Of a stretch of 24,000 bases of DNA, positions 1-8,926 are shown one piece after another. The DNA lies in the NCBI GenBank assembly GCA_003990955.1, contig BIFV01000008.1:93066-117065 (forward strand). Reading direction: 5' to 3'. The translations under genes and the position numbers were made by a program. Under the pieces are notes generated by a model, which worked only from the letters and a program-made list of their open reading frames with translations, had not been told where the DNA came from and did not search any database. How positions within the stretch are numbered: the stretch's first letter is position 1; each line of letters starts with the position of its first letter. This DNA comes from Sporomusaceae bacterium FL31 (GTDB taxonomy: Bacteria > Bacillota > Negativicutes > DSM-1736 > Dendrosporobacteraceae).

Positions 1-2977
1 GGTTGGTCAGAACCCCAGTAGTAAGAACTGTATTCTGAGCACTGATTTCTGCTGAAGCAGCATTATCAATGCTGCCAGCATTGATGTTAAGACTGTTTCC
101 AGCCAATATAGCAGCTTGATTGGTGACTTTGCCTCCAATTTCCAGATTTAGGTTACCACTAGCCTGAAGCTCACCGGAATTTGTATAGTCTTGTACAAGT
201 CTTACATCCAGATCACCCTGGCTTAGCACTTTACCGTCACCGGATAGAGCAGCGCTAGTAATGCCGAGCTTCTGTCCAGCAATCATTGTGCCTGAGGTAT
301 TCGTCACTAACAGGGTCTTGCTGGCCTGATTGTCTTCCATAATAAGATTCTTTCCTGAAGAAATCAGACCTTGATTGTTTTGAACTTGTCCATTGCTAGT
401 TAAAGTCAAAACATTGTCGGCACGTACAGCACCTTGGCGGTTATCAATCAGTGAGGCAGTCAGACTGACTGATTGGCCCTCAAGACCTTGATTATTGCTC
501 TGGGTGCTATTATTTTTGATTGCATTAGCACCGATAGTTAGATTCTGGCTAGAACGAATGAGACTATCCTGATTATTAAGGGTATTCGTAAGGTTAAGAC
601 CGATATCTCCTAAAGCTTGAATTTGTGCGCCCTGGTTGTTTAGTGTAGCAGCAGTAATATCGATTCCAGCACTGCTAGTCATTAAACCACCCTGGTTATT
701 ATCAATAGTGGAACTTACTGCAGAAAGCGTATCACCACTATAAAGATAACCTGCACGGTTAACTAAATTTCCTGTTTCAAGATTGATCTCACCCTGAGCT
801 ACGATACCACCCTGACTCCCAGAATTGGTATTATAAAGAGTTTGTCCGTGAGTATTAACAGAAAGATCCTCGGATGCCTGAATCAATCCGGCATCATTAT
901 TAAGAGAACCGCTGTTAATATGAACTGAACCACCACTTGCGATCAACTGCCCCCGGGTGTTATCCATCATTTCCGCGTTACTATCTGCGGAAATCCTGCT
1001 TCCAATAATCACTCCGTCACTATTGTTCATTCCCTTAGAGGAAATATCAACAGATTGTGCTGCTTCAATACGGCCTGATGTATTATTTAGTAAGCCAGCC
1101 GCAGTAATGCCAGCTTGCCCGTAAATAGATCCAATAGTGCCGTTTTGATTGTCAATTTGGTTACCAGTGATATTCACTCGCTGGTTAGCAGCCATAAGCC
1201 CCTGGGTATTATTAATGCCTTGATTGCTGCTGACAACTAATTCTTTCCCAGCCGTAATATTCCCTTGATTATTGTTCAAGCTGTTTGCAGTAATAAAGGT
1301 ATTACCGCTGGCGCCAAGAACTCCGGCTTCCCCATTAAGTTCACTATTATCAATATCACCGCTGGCGGTAATTCTTAAGTCGGCATCTGTAGAGCCAAAA
1401 GCCTGAATAGTTCCTTGGCGGTTGATAAGCTTTGCAACATCCAAGGTTGTAGCGCCTTTACTGGCAATCGTTCCACCGGTATTATTGAATATACCGCTTG
1501 TAGTCAATGTGGTGTCATTTGTACCAGTTTGCTGAATAATTCCGTCTTTATTGCTGATATCATTTGCTGTAATTGTTATCTGGCTGCCAGTAATCTCCCC
1601 GGCGATATTATTGCTATCTTTGTCATTTTTCAGTGTTCCATTTGCTAAAATAGCCACTTTGCCTTCGGCCTGGAGGAGTGCTCCCGTATTATCAACATTT
1701 CCGGCTGTTGTCTGAAGGTTAATATCAGCACCAGCATAGGTCTGGCCAGCTACCAAGTTAATCTCTGATCCCTTGATAGTTAACGTTCCTGCAGTCAGGT
1801 TTTTACCCTGGGCAGTAACTGTTCCATTTGCGGTCAACGTCAAGTCGCCACCGCTTCCTAGAACACCATTAGCTTGAACACCTGCCCCTAAAGTCCCTGT
1901 CGAGGTGATTGCCTGTCCATTTAGCGCAGTATGTTCTGCCGCTGCCAGGATACCACTATTTGTAATCGCTCCCTGAGTAACAATACTAGTATTACCCTGA
2001 GCATAAAGTGTATCTTGATTGGTAAAATCGTCACCTGCTGTTATATGAATATTTCCAGCTGCCGATGTATTGCCTGCCAGACTGATCTTTCCCTCTTGAC
2101 TTAAGATCAGATCACCGTTACTGGCAGCCAATGTCCCTTGGCTGTTTACGCCAAGTCCTCTTTCAGTACCAACCAGTTTAATCTTATTGGCATACATCCC
2201 GCCTAATGCTCCAACATCTAATGCGACTGCCGGCTGTAGGTCAGTACCAGTGATGCTATTCGTTGCTAGAGTGTTATAATCGGCCTGATTAGCCCCGGTA
2301 ACCACATTGAGCTCTTTAGCCCAAATGCCGGCATTGACAGCCACTGCCCGGCTGATGAGATCAACCCGGTCAGTGGCACTTGCATTGAGTCCGACTCCTT
2401 CGATGGCAATCTGGCCTTGAGTAACCCGAAAAGCTTCTAAGCTGCCACTGCCACCAAAGACTGGGATCCCTGTGGTTAAGGTCGCTCGTCCAGCATTGAT
2501 AAAGCCAAAACCATTGCCGGTAATGCCATTGGGATTGGCGATAATGAGGTCAGCTCTTTGTCCGGCAATTTCGGTATAACCGTTGAGATAACTGCGCCCT
2601 GGACCGGTGACTTCGTTGAGGATAATTCGAGCACTGCCTCCAGCGAGATTGGTATTGCCGGCGATATAACCGGCTAACTGGGTTTGACTGAAGGATGAAG
2701 CGTTATTTAAAATAAGGCCTTGGGTGTCGACATTAAATTGCAGGTATTGGTTTCGTGAAACACCAGCTGCTGATGGTGCTGTAATTTGGACAACTTGAAC
2801 TCCATTTTGTGCGTTCTCAATAGCTGGCCGTTGATTGGCGGGCGCACTTCCATCGGCAATGACTTGAGCGGCTGCCAAACTAGGCTGAGTCAGATAAACA
2901 GCTACGGTCAGCCAACTGATGAGTTTTTTCCATTTGGGGGTTAATGACGGGATTACGGTGGTGCTGTGATAATTCAT
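1..2977 (-). CDS. tpsA: TpsA-type large secreted exoprotein (filamentous haemagglutinin / ShlA-like), N-terminal 992 codons only; the 3' end lies beyond the left window edge
   Basis: Not in the supplied ORF track because no stop lies in the window. ATG at 2977-2975 is preceded by AAGGAGGAAGG. I read every in-frame triplet from 2977 down to 1 and found no stop codon. The N-terminus MNYHSTTVIPSLTPKWKKLISWLTVAVYLTQPSLAAAQVIADG looks like a signal peptide. A TPS secretion domain follows: NGVQVVQITAPSAAGVSRNQYLQFNV, ARIILNEVTG, ADLIIANPNGITGNGFGFINAGRATLTTG (NPNGI at 2522-2536). The rest is N/G/T/S/L/I-rich beta-helix-type repeats, e.g. LTIGANAIKNNSTQSNNQGLEGQSVSLTASLIDNRQGAVR. Confidence 0.92.
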   Translation of the reverse strand, partial: MNYHSTTVIPSLTPKWKKLISWLTVAVYLTQPSLAAAQVIADGSAPANQRPAIENAQNGVQVVQITAPSAAGVSRNQYLQFNVDTQGLILNNASSFSQTQLAGYIAGNTNLAGGSARIILNEVTGPGRSYLNGYTEIAGQRADLIIANPNGITGNGFGFINAGRATLTTGIPVFGGSGSLEAFRVTQGQIAIEGVGLNASATDRVDLISRAVAVNAGIWAKELNVVTGANQADYNTLATNSITGTDLQPAVALDVGALGGMYANKIKLVGTERGLGVNSQGTLAASNGDLILSQEGKISLAGNTSAAGNIHITAGDDFTNQDTLYAQGNTSIVTQGAITNSGILAAAEHTALNGQAITSTGTLGAGVQANGVLGSGGDLTLTANGTVTAQGKNLTAGTLTIKGSEINLVAGQTYAGADINLQTTAGNVDNTGALLQAEGKVAILANGTLKNDKDSNNIAGEITGSQITITANDISNKDGIIQQTGTNDTTLTTSGIFNNTGGTIASKGATTLDVAKLINRQGTIQAFGSTDADLRITASGDIDNSELNGEAGVLGASGNTFITANSLNNNQGNITAGKELVVSSNQGINNTQGLMAANQRVNITGNQIDNQNGTIGSIYGQAGITAAGLLNNTSGRIEAAQSVDISSKGMNNSDGVIIGSRISADSNAEMMDNTRGQLIASGGSVHINSGSLNNDAGLIQASEDLSVNTHGQTLYNTNSGSQGGIVAQGEINLETGNLVNRAGYLYSGDTLSAVSSTIDNNQGGLMTSSAGIDITAATLNNQGAQIQALGDIGLNLTNTLNNQDSLIRSSQNLTIGANAIKNNSTQSNNQGLEGQSVSLTASLIDNRQGAVRADNVLTLTSNGQVQNNQGLISSGKNLIMEDNQASKTLLVTNTSGTMIAGQKLGITSAALSGDGKVLSQGDLDVRLVQDYTNSGELQASGNLNLEIGGKVTNQAAILAGNSLNINAGSIDNAASAEISAQNTVLTTGVLTN

Positions 2978-3050
2978 ACCTTCCTCCTTGATGGTGAATG
3001 TTACACAGTTGTTCTGTGATGATGCTATGGTCGGCTTGATCTTTCAGTGC

Positions 3051-4787
3051 CTAGATTTGATAGACCCATTGAAAGCCGTAAGTGGGGTTGGCTGTGGTAA
3101 AGCCTTCTGGCTTTTTGAGTGACCAGCCAATGAAGACGTCATATTGACTGCTTTTACCGATGAGGCCTCTCAGTCCCAGGACAGTACCGGCTAGGTCTTT
3201 ACCGCTAAGTCCTGCAGCGGATGGGCCGCTGATTTGTCCATAGTCTAGTCCCCAGTAAAGCTGAGGTCCGTTTTGTTTGAGGGGTACACTGATTTCGTTT
3301 TGCAGGTACCAGCCGCGTTCAGCGGCTAAAGTCTGTTCTCCGTCAAAACCGCGAACGGTATAGCGGTTACCGATACTGAAACCGTCCGCGGTATAGAGTT
3401 GGTCATCGGTAAACTGGCCGCTTAGACTTGTCCGGTATTGAGCTGAGTGGTTACCTAGCTTGATCGGTTTATTGAGAGATAAATCAATTGTCCAGATGTG
3501 GTAACGGGTTGTCGGTCCGTTATCAAGGTCTTGCTGGGCTCCAAACCAGGATACTCCTTGTTTGTGCGCTAAACGGGCATCGACTGTGGCTTGTCCCAGG
3601 TATTGCCGTTTGGCTAAGGCAATGGTTAAAGCGGTAGTGTCTTTGCGCTGCACTTCAATTTCAGTATCTTCAATGAAGTTTTTGCTTTGACGCATGGCTA
3701 GTCCAATTTCGAGATGGGTTTTGCTCGTTTGGTCACGGGTCAAGAGTTTTTCAACGGTTAGGCGTAAGTCGCTGTTGGTTCCTGAATAGGTAATGGGTTG
3801 AACGCCTAAGAGAACTGTTTGATGGTAATCATAGTTGCTATGACTGAAGGTATAAGTCCAGTTTCCGTCTGGCCTGGAATAATAAACACTGTTGCCTTTG
3901 GTACCGTATTGATCACTGTCGTTTTCGGCATCATGGTTGACGGAAAAGTTAAATAGGTCGTTGGCTTTAAAGAGGTTGTCGTAAGAAAAGGTTTGTGATA
4001 GCTGCAGTTTGCCAGTGGCTTCACTGCCGGAGTCATCAGCAGATAGGACGACTTTCCAGGGTTTGGTTTGCTTGATGGTAATGACAATATCGGTCTGACC
4101 AGGAGCTTCGGCAGGAACGAGCTGCATGTCGGCATCCTGGGAAGGGACGCGTTTGAGCTGTTCGAGTCCTTGCTCTAGATGACGCAGATTGAGGATATTT
4201 CCGGGTCTTGTCGGAAAAGCAGTTTCCCAGCTGCCTTTATAGGAAGTGTCTTGAAAGCGGATATCATGGATGATGCCTGGAATGAGGACGAGCTTTAGGG
4301 TTCCTGATGAGAGGTCCTGTTCCGGGATGACGATCCGGGTAGTCACATAACCCTTTTCAATGAGGGCGTTAGTCGCATGTTTGACGATGAGGTTGATGCC
4401 TTGTATGCCGATGTTTTTTCCTTGATAAGGGGTGAGAATTTTATCGAGCCAAGCAAAGTTGGCTTTGTGTTCACCGGTCAGTTCGATGGTATGAATGGGA
4501 AAGCTGAGGCTTTCTTCTGGTAAGTCAATATCTTGAGTACCTGTGGCTGGTGGTTGCAGAAAAACGTCACTGCGCTGCTGACGTTCTTTTTTGTCGATTG
4601 CTTCCTGCCGAGCACGCTGGTTCTGTTCTTCGCGCTCGGCAGGGGTTGGGGCTGCCCAGACGGTTTGTACGCCAATTTGCATAACAAGAATAGCGGCCAG
4701 GCTACAGTGAATAATTTTTTTCATTTTGCTTAATCTTAGACTGCGTTGCACTTGATCACTCCTTAAAATAATAAAACCTTTAAACAT
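3051..4787 (-). CDS. tpsB: TpsB-type outer-membrane transporter of two-partner secretion (ShlB/FhaC/HecB family, Omp85 superfamily)
   Basis: 578-aa track ORF. Signal peptide KMKKIIHCSLAAILVMQIGVQTVWA/AP. POTRA-like region (IHTIELTGEH..LDKILTPYQGKNIGIQGINLIV..YVTTRIVIPEQDLSSGTLKLVLIPG). C-terminal barrel carries the Omp85 loop-6 motif NRYTVRGFDGE (VRGF at 3345-3356) and an aromatic C-terminus GFQWVYQI. The stop lies 73 nt upstream of the tpsA start. The real start is probably internal: GTG at 4751 (AAGGAG 7 nt upstream) or ATG at 4724. Confidence 0.92.
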   Translation of the reverse strand: MFKGFIILRSDQVQRSLRLSKMKKIIHCSLAAILVMQIGVQTVWAAPTPAEREEQNQRARQEAIDKKERQQRSDVFLQPPATGTQDIDLPEESLSFPIHTIELTGEHKANFAWLDKILTPYQGKNIGIQGINLIVKHATNALIEKGYVTTRIVIPEQDLSSGTLKLVLIPGIIHDIRFQDTSYKGSWETAFPTRPGNILNLRHLEQGLEQLKRVPSQDADMQLVPAEAPGQTDIVITIKQTKPWKVVLSADDSGSEATGKLQLSQTFSYDNLFKANDLFNFSVNHDAENDSDQYGTKGNSVYYSRPDGNWTYTFSHSNYDYHQTVLLGVQPITYSGTNSDLRLTVEKLLTRDQTSKTHLEIGLAMRQSKNFIEDTEIEVQRKDTTALTIALAKRQYLGQATVDARLAHKQGVSWFGAQQDLDNGPTTRYHIWTIDLSLNKPIKLGNHSAQYRTSLSGQFTDDQLYTADGFSIGNRYTVRGFDGEQTLAAERGWYLQNEISVPLKQNGPQLYWGLDYGQISGPSAAGLSGKDLAGTVLGLRGLIGKSSQYDVFIGWSLKKPEGFTTANPTYGFQWVYQI

Positions 4788-5116
4788 TACTTAGTAGGAT
4801 TTCATAAGCGAGCATTCTTTTCTGGATAGAAGTTCCTTATTTAACGTAAGAAAATAATATCTAATCAATTGTAAATAAAATGTCAAAAACTGTCGCCAAT
4901 ATAACAAATAATTCAAAACATGATATTATTTTCCATTTTTAGAAAATTCAATTTGATTAAATGGAATCCTTGGGTCTTTGGTCCTATTTAGTTTTGATAT
5001 TGGTATACACAAGACCTGAACAATCCTCTTCATTACTTTTACCAAGTATATTTAATCAGCTAAGAATCAGCGTACACTAAGATAGATATTTTGATTTTAT
5101 AAAAATTAATGACACA

Positions 5117-5150
5117 AAAGAAACTACTTAGCATGCTAAGTAGTTTCTTT
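5117..5150. terminator. Perfect 34-bp palindrome, candidate bidirectional terminator downstream of the RND-usp operon
   Basis: AAAGAAACTACTTAGCATGCTAAGTAGTTTCTTT is its own reverse complement. It has A-rich and T-rich flanks. It lies about 200 nt after the usp stop in a 560-bp AT-rich spacer. Low GC, so terminator function is uncertain. Confidence 0.5.
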
Positions 5151-5348
5151 GCGAAAACATGATTTTGCATAAAAATAAATCACACGAACCAGCAAAATCA
5201 GCTTTTATTATATTCAGGATTAGTCGTGAATTGTTGATAGGCAAACTTGAAAAACCCTAATCTTACTACGCAGATGCAACCAATATTTTTATATAAGCTA
5301 TAAATAGGTACATTTCGCAATAGCCCTCGAAATCAAGTCGTTTTAAAC

Positions 5349-5789
5349 TTATTTAGCAACCAAAACAGCACATTTAGCATTTCTGACTACATAGCTGCTG
5401 ACACTGCCAAGAAGCAGTCCTGAAATAGTTCCTAATCCGCGGCTGCCAATGACAATGATGTCATAACCGTTCTGTTCGGCAAATTCGGTAATCGCAATAC
5501 GCGGTTCGCCAATTTCGTTATGAGTTTGAACTCGGATGCCTTCCGGAACCTGCTTTAACGCCTCCGCAATAATTTGTTCTGCAAATTTCTTAGGATCGGT
5601 CAATGCCTTGGCTGGAATTTTGGACCCTTGTATCTGATCATAAAAAGGGTATTGCTGTGACAATACAGAGATATAAAGAATACTGATTTCAGCATCAAAG
5701 GAGCGTGCTATTGCCACTGCATGTGATAATGCATGAAATGAATTCTTGGAACCATCAATAGGCACCAGAATTTTTTTATAACCATCCAT
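5349..5789 (-). CDS. Universal stress protein (UspA family)
   Basis: Track ORF 5349..5804. KKILVPIDGSKNSFHALSHAVAIA at the N-terminus and DIIVIGSRGLGTISGLLLGSVSSYVVRNAKCAVLVAK at the C-terminus form the classic Usp ATP-binding fold signature. The second ATG (5789) has GGAG 9 nt upstream; the first ATG (5804) has no SD. Confidence 0.88.
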   Translation of the reverse strand: MDGYKKILVPIDGSKNSFHALSHAVAIARSFDAEISILYISVLSQQYPFYDQIQGSKIPAKALTDPKKFAEQIIAEALKQVPEGIRVQTHNEIGEPRIAITEFAEQNGYDIIVIGSRGLGTISGLLLGSVSSYVVRNAKCAVLVAK

Positions 5790-5833
5790 AGTAAACAACT
5801 CCATTCAATATAAATTGCCAAGGTCTATGCGTA

Positions 5834-8800
5834 TCAAACAGAACGACTGGTAACTTGAGTAGAAGCCTGCGCCTCTGTATCGGGCTGTGCTTTATACCAG
5901 GCAGCATACATAACAGGTAATACCAACAGGGTTAAAACAGTAGCCCCCGATAAGCCTGCCGCAATGGCTACAGCCATGGGTCCCCAGAAAGTGCTGGAGA
6001 CTAAAGGAATCATTCCTAGAATTGCGGCGGCTGCCGTGAGTAAGATGGGGCGGCAGCGGATGATCGTAGCATTTATAATCGCATCCCATAACGATTCGCC
6101 GGCATCGAGCAACTGATCAATTTGATCCATCAATATGACGGTATTGCGCATGATAATGCCTGACAAAGCTAAAATTCCTAATTGAACAACAAAGCCCATC
6201 GGACTATTGGTGAGAAAAAGCCCGATGGCAACACCAATGATGCCAAGCGGTGCAGTCAGCAAGGTGAGAAACATTTTCGGAATGTTCTGCAATTGAATCA
6301 TGAGCAGGATCATAATCGTTATGATCATTACCGGTACAGGTTCGGTAATGAATTTGACAGCTTTGATGCTATCGGCTTTCGATCCATCGTATTCAATACT
6401 GTAGCCGAGCGGCAGATTGCCCCGCATTTCAGCAAGGTTATTATAAACTTGCTCGGCAACATCATCCCCCAATGCGCCAGGCACGATCTCTGCCTGGACG
6501 ATGATCATCGGTTTCAAGTCACGACGATAAATCAGACCATCTTCCGCCTCAAAGCGAATTTTTGCAATTTGATCAAGCGGAACATACTTACCATTGCCAA
6601 TATGAATATTGAGGTCTTTCAGACGGGAGGGATCGTTTCTGTCTTGAGAGGCAAAGCGTAGAACCATACTGACTGTTTTATCATTTTCCCTAAATTCGGC
6701 AATAGGCGCACCAGACAATTGAGTTTGCAGAGAGGTGGCCAGCGATTGCGAGGTAACGCCTAATTTCCGGGCTTTATCTTGATCAATTTCCAGATGCATG
6801 GTTTTGCTTTTTTCTTGCCAATTAAGATTTGCATTTCTTACACTAGGGTGGCCAGACATGATGGTCTGTACCTCTTCCGCAATTTCGCGGACTTTATCAA
6901 TGTCATAGCCCTTTACCCGCAACATCACCGGATAGTCTGAAGACGGCCCATTTAAGATAACCTTAGAATGTACCTGGACACTGGGAAACTCTTCGTTTAA
7001 GAGCTGATTCACCTGCGTACGCAGCTCGTCACGCGCTTTAGCGTCTTTGGCAACAATAATAAATTCTGCAAAATTGGATTTATTAAAAGTCGGTTCAAAG
7101 CTTAAGACAAAACGCGGCGCCCCTTCGCCCACATGATACGTGTAGTAGGAAACCCGGGAATTCCCCTCTAGCTTCTGGGCAACCTGGCGGGCGATATCTT
7201 CGGTATTTTTAATCGCAGCCCCTTCCTGCAGGTGTAACTGAACAATGAGTTCCGGCCTGGTGGATGCCGGGAAAAACTCTTGTTTGACTAATCCTAATAA
7301 GGCAATCGCAGCAAAGAAAGCAGCCACAGTGGCGGTGATCACTGCTTTGCGATGTGTCAGGCACCAAATGAGAACCTCTTTAAACCAGCGATAAAACTTT
7401 GTGTCATGGACATTGTGTTCATGGTTGCCGGCAACTGGTGGTTTAACCTTAATAAACAGGTAGCCCAATAAGGGTGTCGCTGTACCGGCAACAATCCAAG
7501 ATGTGATCAGAGATATGGCAACAACCGAGAAAATAGTGGAAGTAAATTCCGAGGCAGAGCCTTGGGAAAAACCTACGGGGATAAAGCCTGCGCAAGTAAC
7601 CAGTTCACCGGTTAAGCGTGGATAAGCGGTGGATGTATAGGCAAAACAAGCCGCATTAAATCGATCCCAGCCTTGTTCCATTTTAACAACCATGGTTTCA
7701 ATAGTGATAATCGCATCATCAACTAGAAGTCCTAAAGCAATAATGAGGGCACCTAACGATATTCGTTGCAATTCAATTCCCATCAGGTGCATAAAGGTAA
7801 ATACTGCAGCAATGACCAGCGGAATGCATAGAGCTACGATAATACCTGAACGCATGCCTAGGCTTGCAAAACTTACAATTAAGACAATAACAATGGCTTC
7901 TGCCAGCGACTTGATAAATTCATCAATAGAAGTCTTTACCACATTCGGCTGATTGACGGTCTGATGAAGTTCCAATCCTGCAGGCAATTCTTTTTTGATT
8001 TGATTGATCGTCTTTTCTAAGTCTTCGCCCAGAGTAAGAATATTGCCGCCTGGCTCCATGGCTAGTGAAATACCAAGCGCAGGCTGCCCATTATAAAAGA
8101 ACTTCGGGTCACTGGGCTCGGCATAGGAACGACTCACTTTGGCAATATCACCTAAGCGAAAAGTACGCCCGTTGGCCTGGAAAGGAATGCTTTGGATGTC
8201 TTCCAAATGCTCAAACATGCCGGTAATCCGTAAATAAACATTGTCAGAAGCTGTCTCAAGCATGCCGGAGGCACTCATGGAATTTTGCGCCTGAAGGGTG
8301 GAGATGATGAAGCCTGGATCAATTCCCAACTGAGCTAATTTGCTATTTTCCATTTCAATGTAAATTTTTTCTGTTTGAACACCTAAGAGTTGAACCTTTT
8401 TAACACTAGGAACACCTAGCAAAATACGTCTGATCTTTTCCGCCTTTTCGCGCATTTCTTCATAGGTAAAACCATCACCCGTGAGGGCATAAACAACGCC
8501 ATATACTTCATCAAAACGGTCATTGAACATTGGGTCTTGGACACCAGCTGGCAAAGTACTCTTCATGTCATTAACCATATTTCGAGCTTCCAGCCACCTG
8601 GACCGGATATCTTTTTGAGGAACAGTATCTTTTAAATTTACGTAAATCACAGTTACACCCGGACTGGAATAACTTTTCAAATAATCAAGTCCCGGTAAAT
8701 CCTGCAGTTTCTTTTCGATTTTGTCTGTAACCTGTTCTTCCATCTGGCGGGCAGTGGCTCCTGGCCAAACCGTTGTGACAACCATTTGCTTAATGGTAAA

Positions 8801-8926
8801 ATCAGGATCTTCCATACGGCCAAGGTTATTATAGGAGAAAATTCCGGCAATGAAAAAGAGCACTATAAAGAAATAAATGAAGTGCTTATGCTGAAGCGAC
8901 CATTCGGTTAGATTAAAATTCTTCAC
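5834..8926 (-). CDS. RND efflux transporter permease (AcrB/AcrD/AcrF, HAE1-like), 1030 aa
   Basis: Length and a 12-TM plus two-large-periplasmic-loop layout. Typical RND segments: MEDPDFTIKQMVV, LGLLVDDAIITIETMV, GIIMRNTVILMDQI. GTG start overlaps the adaptor stop by 4 nt (GTGA at 8923-8926). Confidence 0.95.
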   Translation of the reverse strand: MKNFNLTEWSLQHKHFIYFFIVLFFIAGIFSYNNLGRMEDPDFTIKQMVVTTVWPGATARQMEEQVTDKIEKKLQDLPGLDYLKSYSSPGVTVIYVNLKDTVPQKDIRSRWLEARNMVNDMKSTLPAGVQDPMFNDRFDEVYGVVYALTGDGFTYEEMREKAEKIRRILLGVPSVKKVQLLGVQTEKIYIEMENSKLAQLGIDPGFIISTLQAQNSMSASGMLETASDNVYLRITGMFEHLEDIQSIPFQANGRTFRLGDIAKVSRSYAEPSDPKFFYNGQPALGISLAMEPGGNILTLGEDLEKTINQIKKELPAGLELHQTVNQPNVVKTSIDEFIKSLAEAIVIVLIVSFASLGMRSGIIVALCIPLVIAAVFTFMHLMGIELQRISLGALIIALGLLVDDAIITIETMVVKMEQGWDRFNAACFAYTSTAYPRLTGELVTCAGFIPVGFSQGSASEFTSTIFSVVAISLITSWIVAGTATPLLGYLFIKVKPPVAGNHEHNVHDTKFYRWFKEVLIWCLTHRKAVITATVAAFFAAIALLGLVKQEFFPASTRPELIVQLHLQEGAAIKNTEDIARQVAQKLEGNSRVSYYTYHVGEGAPRFVLSFEPTFNKSNFAEFIIVAKDAKARDELRTQVNQLLNEEFPSVQVHSKVILNGPSSDYPVMLRVKGYDIDKVREIAEEVQTIMSGHPSVRNANLNWQEKSKTMHLEIDQDKARKLGVTSQSLATSLQTQLSGAPIAEFRENDKTVSMVLRFASQDRNDPSRLKDLNIHIGNGKYVPLDQIAKIRFEAEDGLIYRRDLKPMIIVQAEIVPGALGDDVAEQVYNNLAEMRGNLPLGYSIEYDGSKADSIKAVKFITEPVPVMIITIMILLMIQLQNIPKMFLTLLTAPLGIIGVAIGLFLTNSPMGFVVQLGILALSGIIMRNTVILMDQIDQLLDAGESLWDAIINATIIRCRPILLTAAAAILGMIPLVSSTFWGPMAVAIAAGLSGATVLTLLVLPVMYAAWYKAQPDTEAQASTQVTSRSV

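Noticed and set aside
1415-1648. 77-aa plus-strand track ORF
   Set aside because: It lies entirely antisense to the continuous tpsA frame. It is Cys/Ile-rich and low-complexity, has no SD, and is a by-product of the repetitive opposite-strand coding sequence.
3806-4733. Track ORFs 3806..4135(-), 4478..4687(-) and 4533..4733(+) nested in tpsB
   Set aside because: They are alternative-frame or antisense ORFs inside a gene with clear family motifs. They have no RBS and biased composition.
5892-7952. Track ORFs 5892..6089(-), 6182..6661(+) and 7692..7952(+) inside the RND gene
   Set aside because: They are nested in or antisense to a 1030-aa RND permease with unambiguous family features. They have no translation signals.
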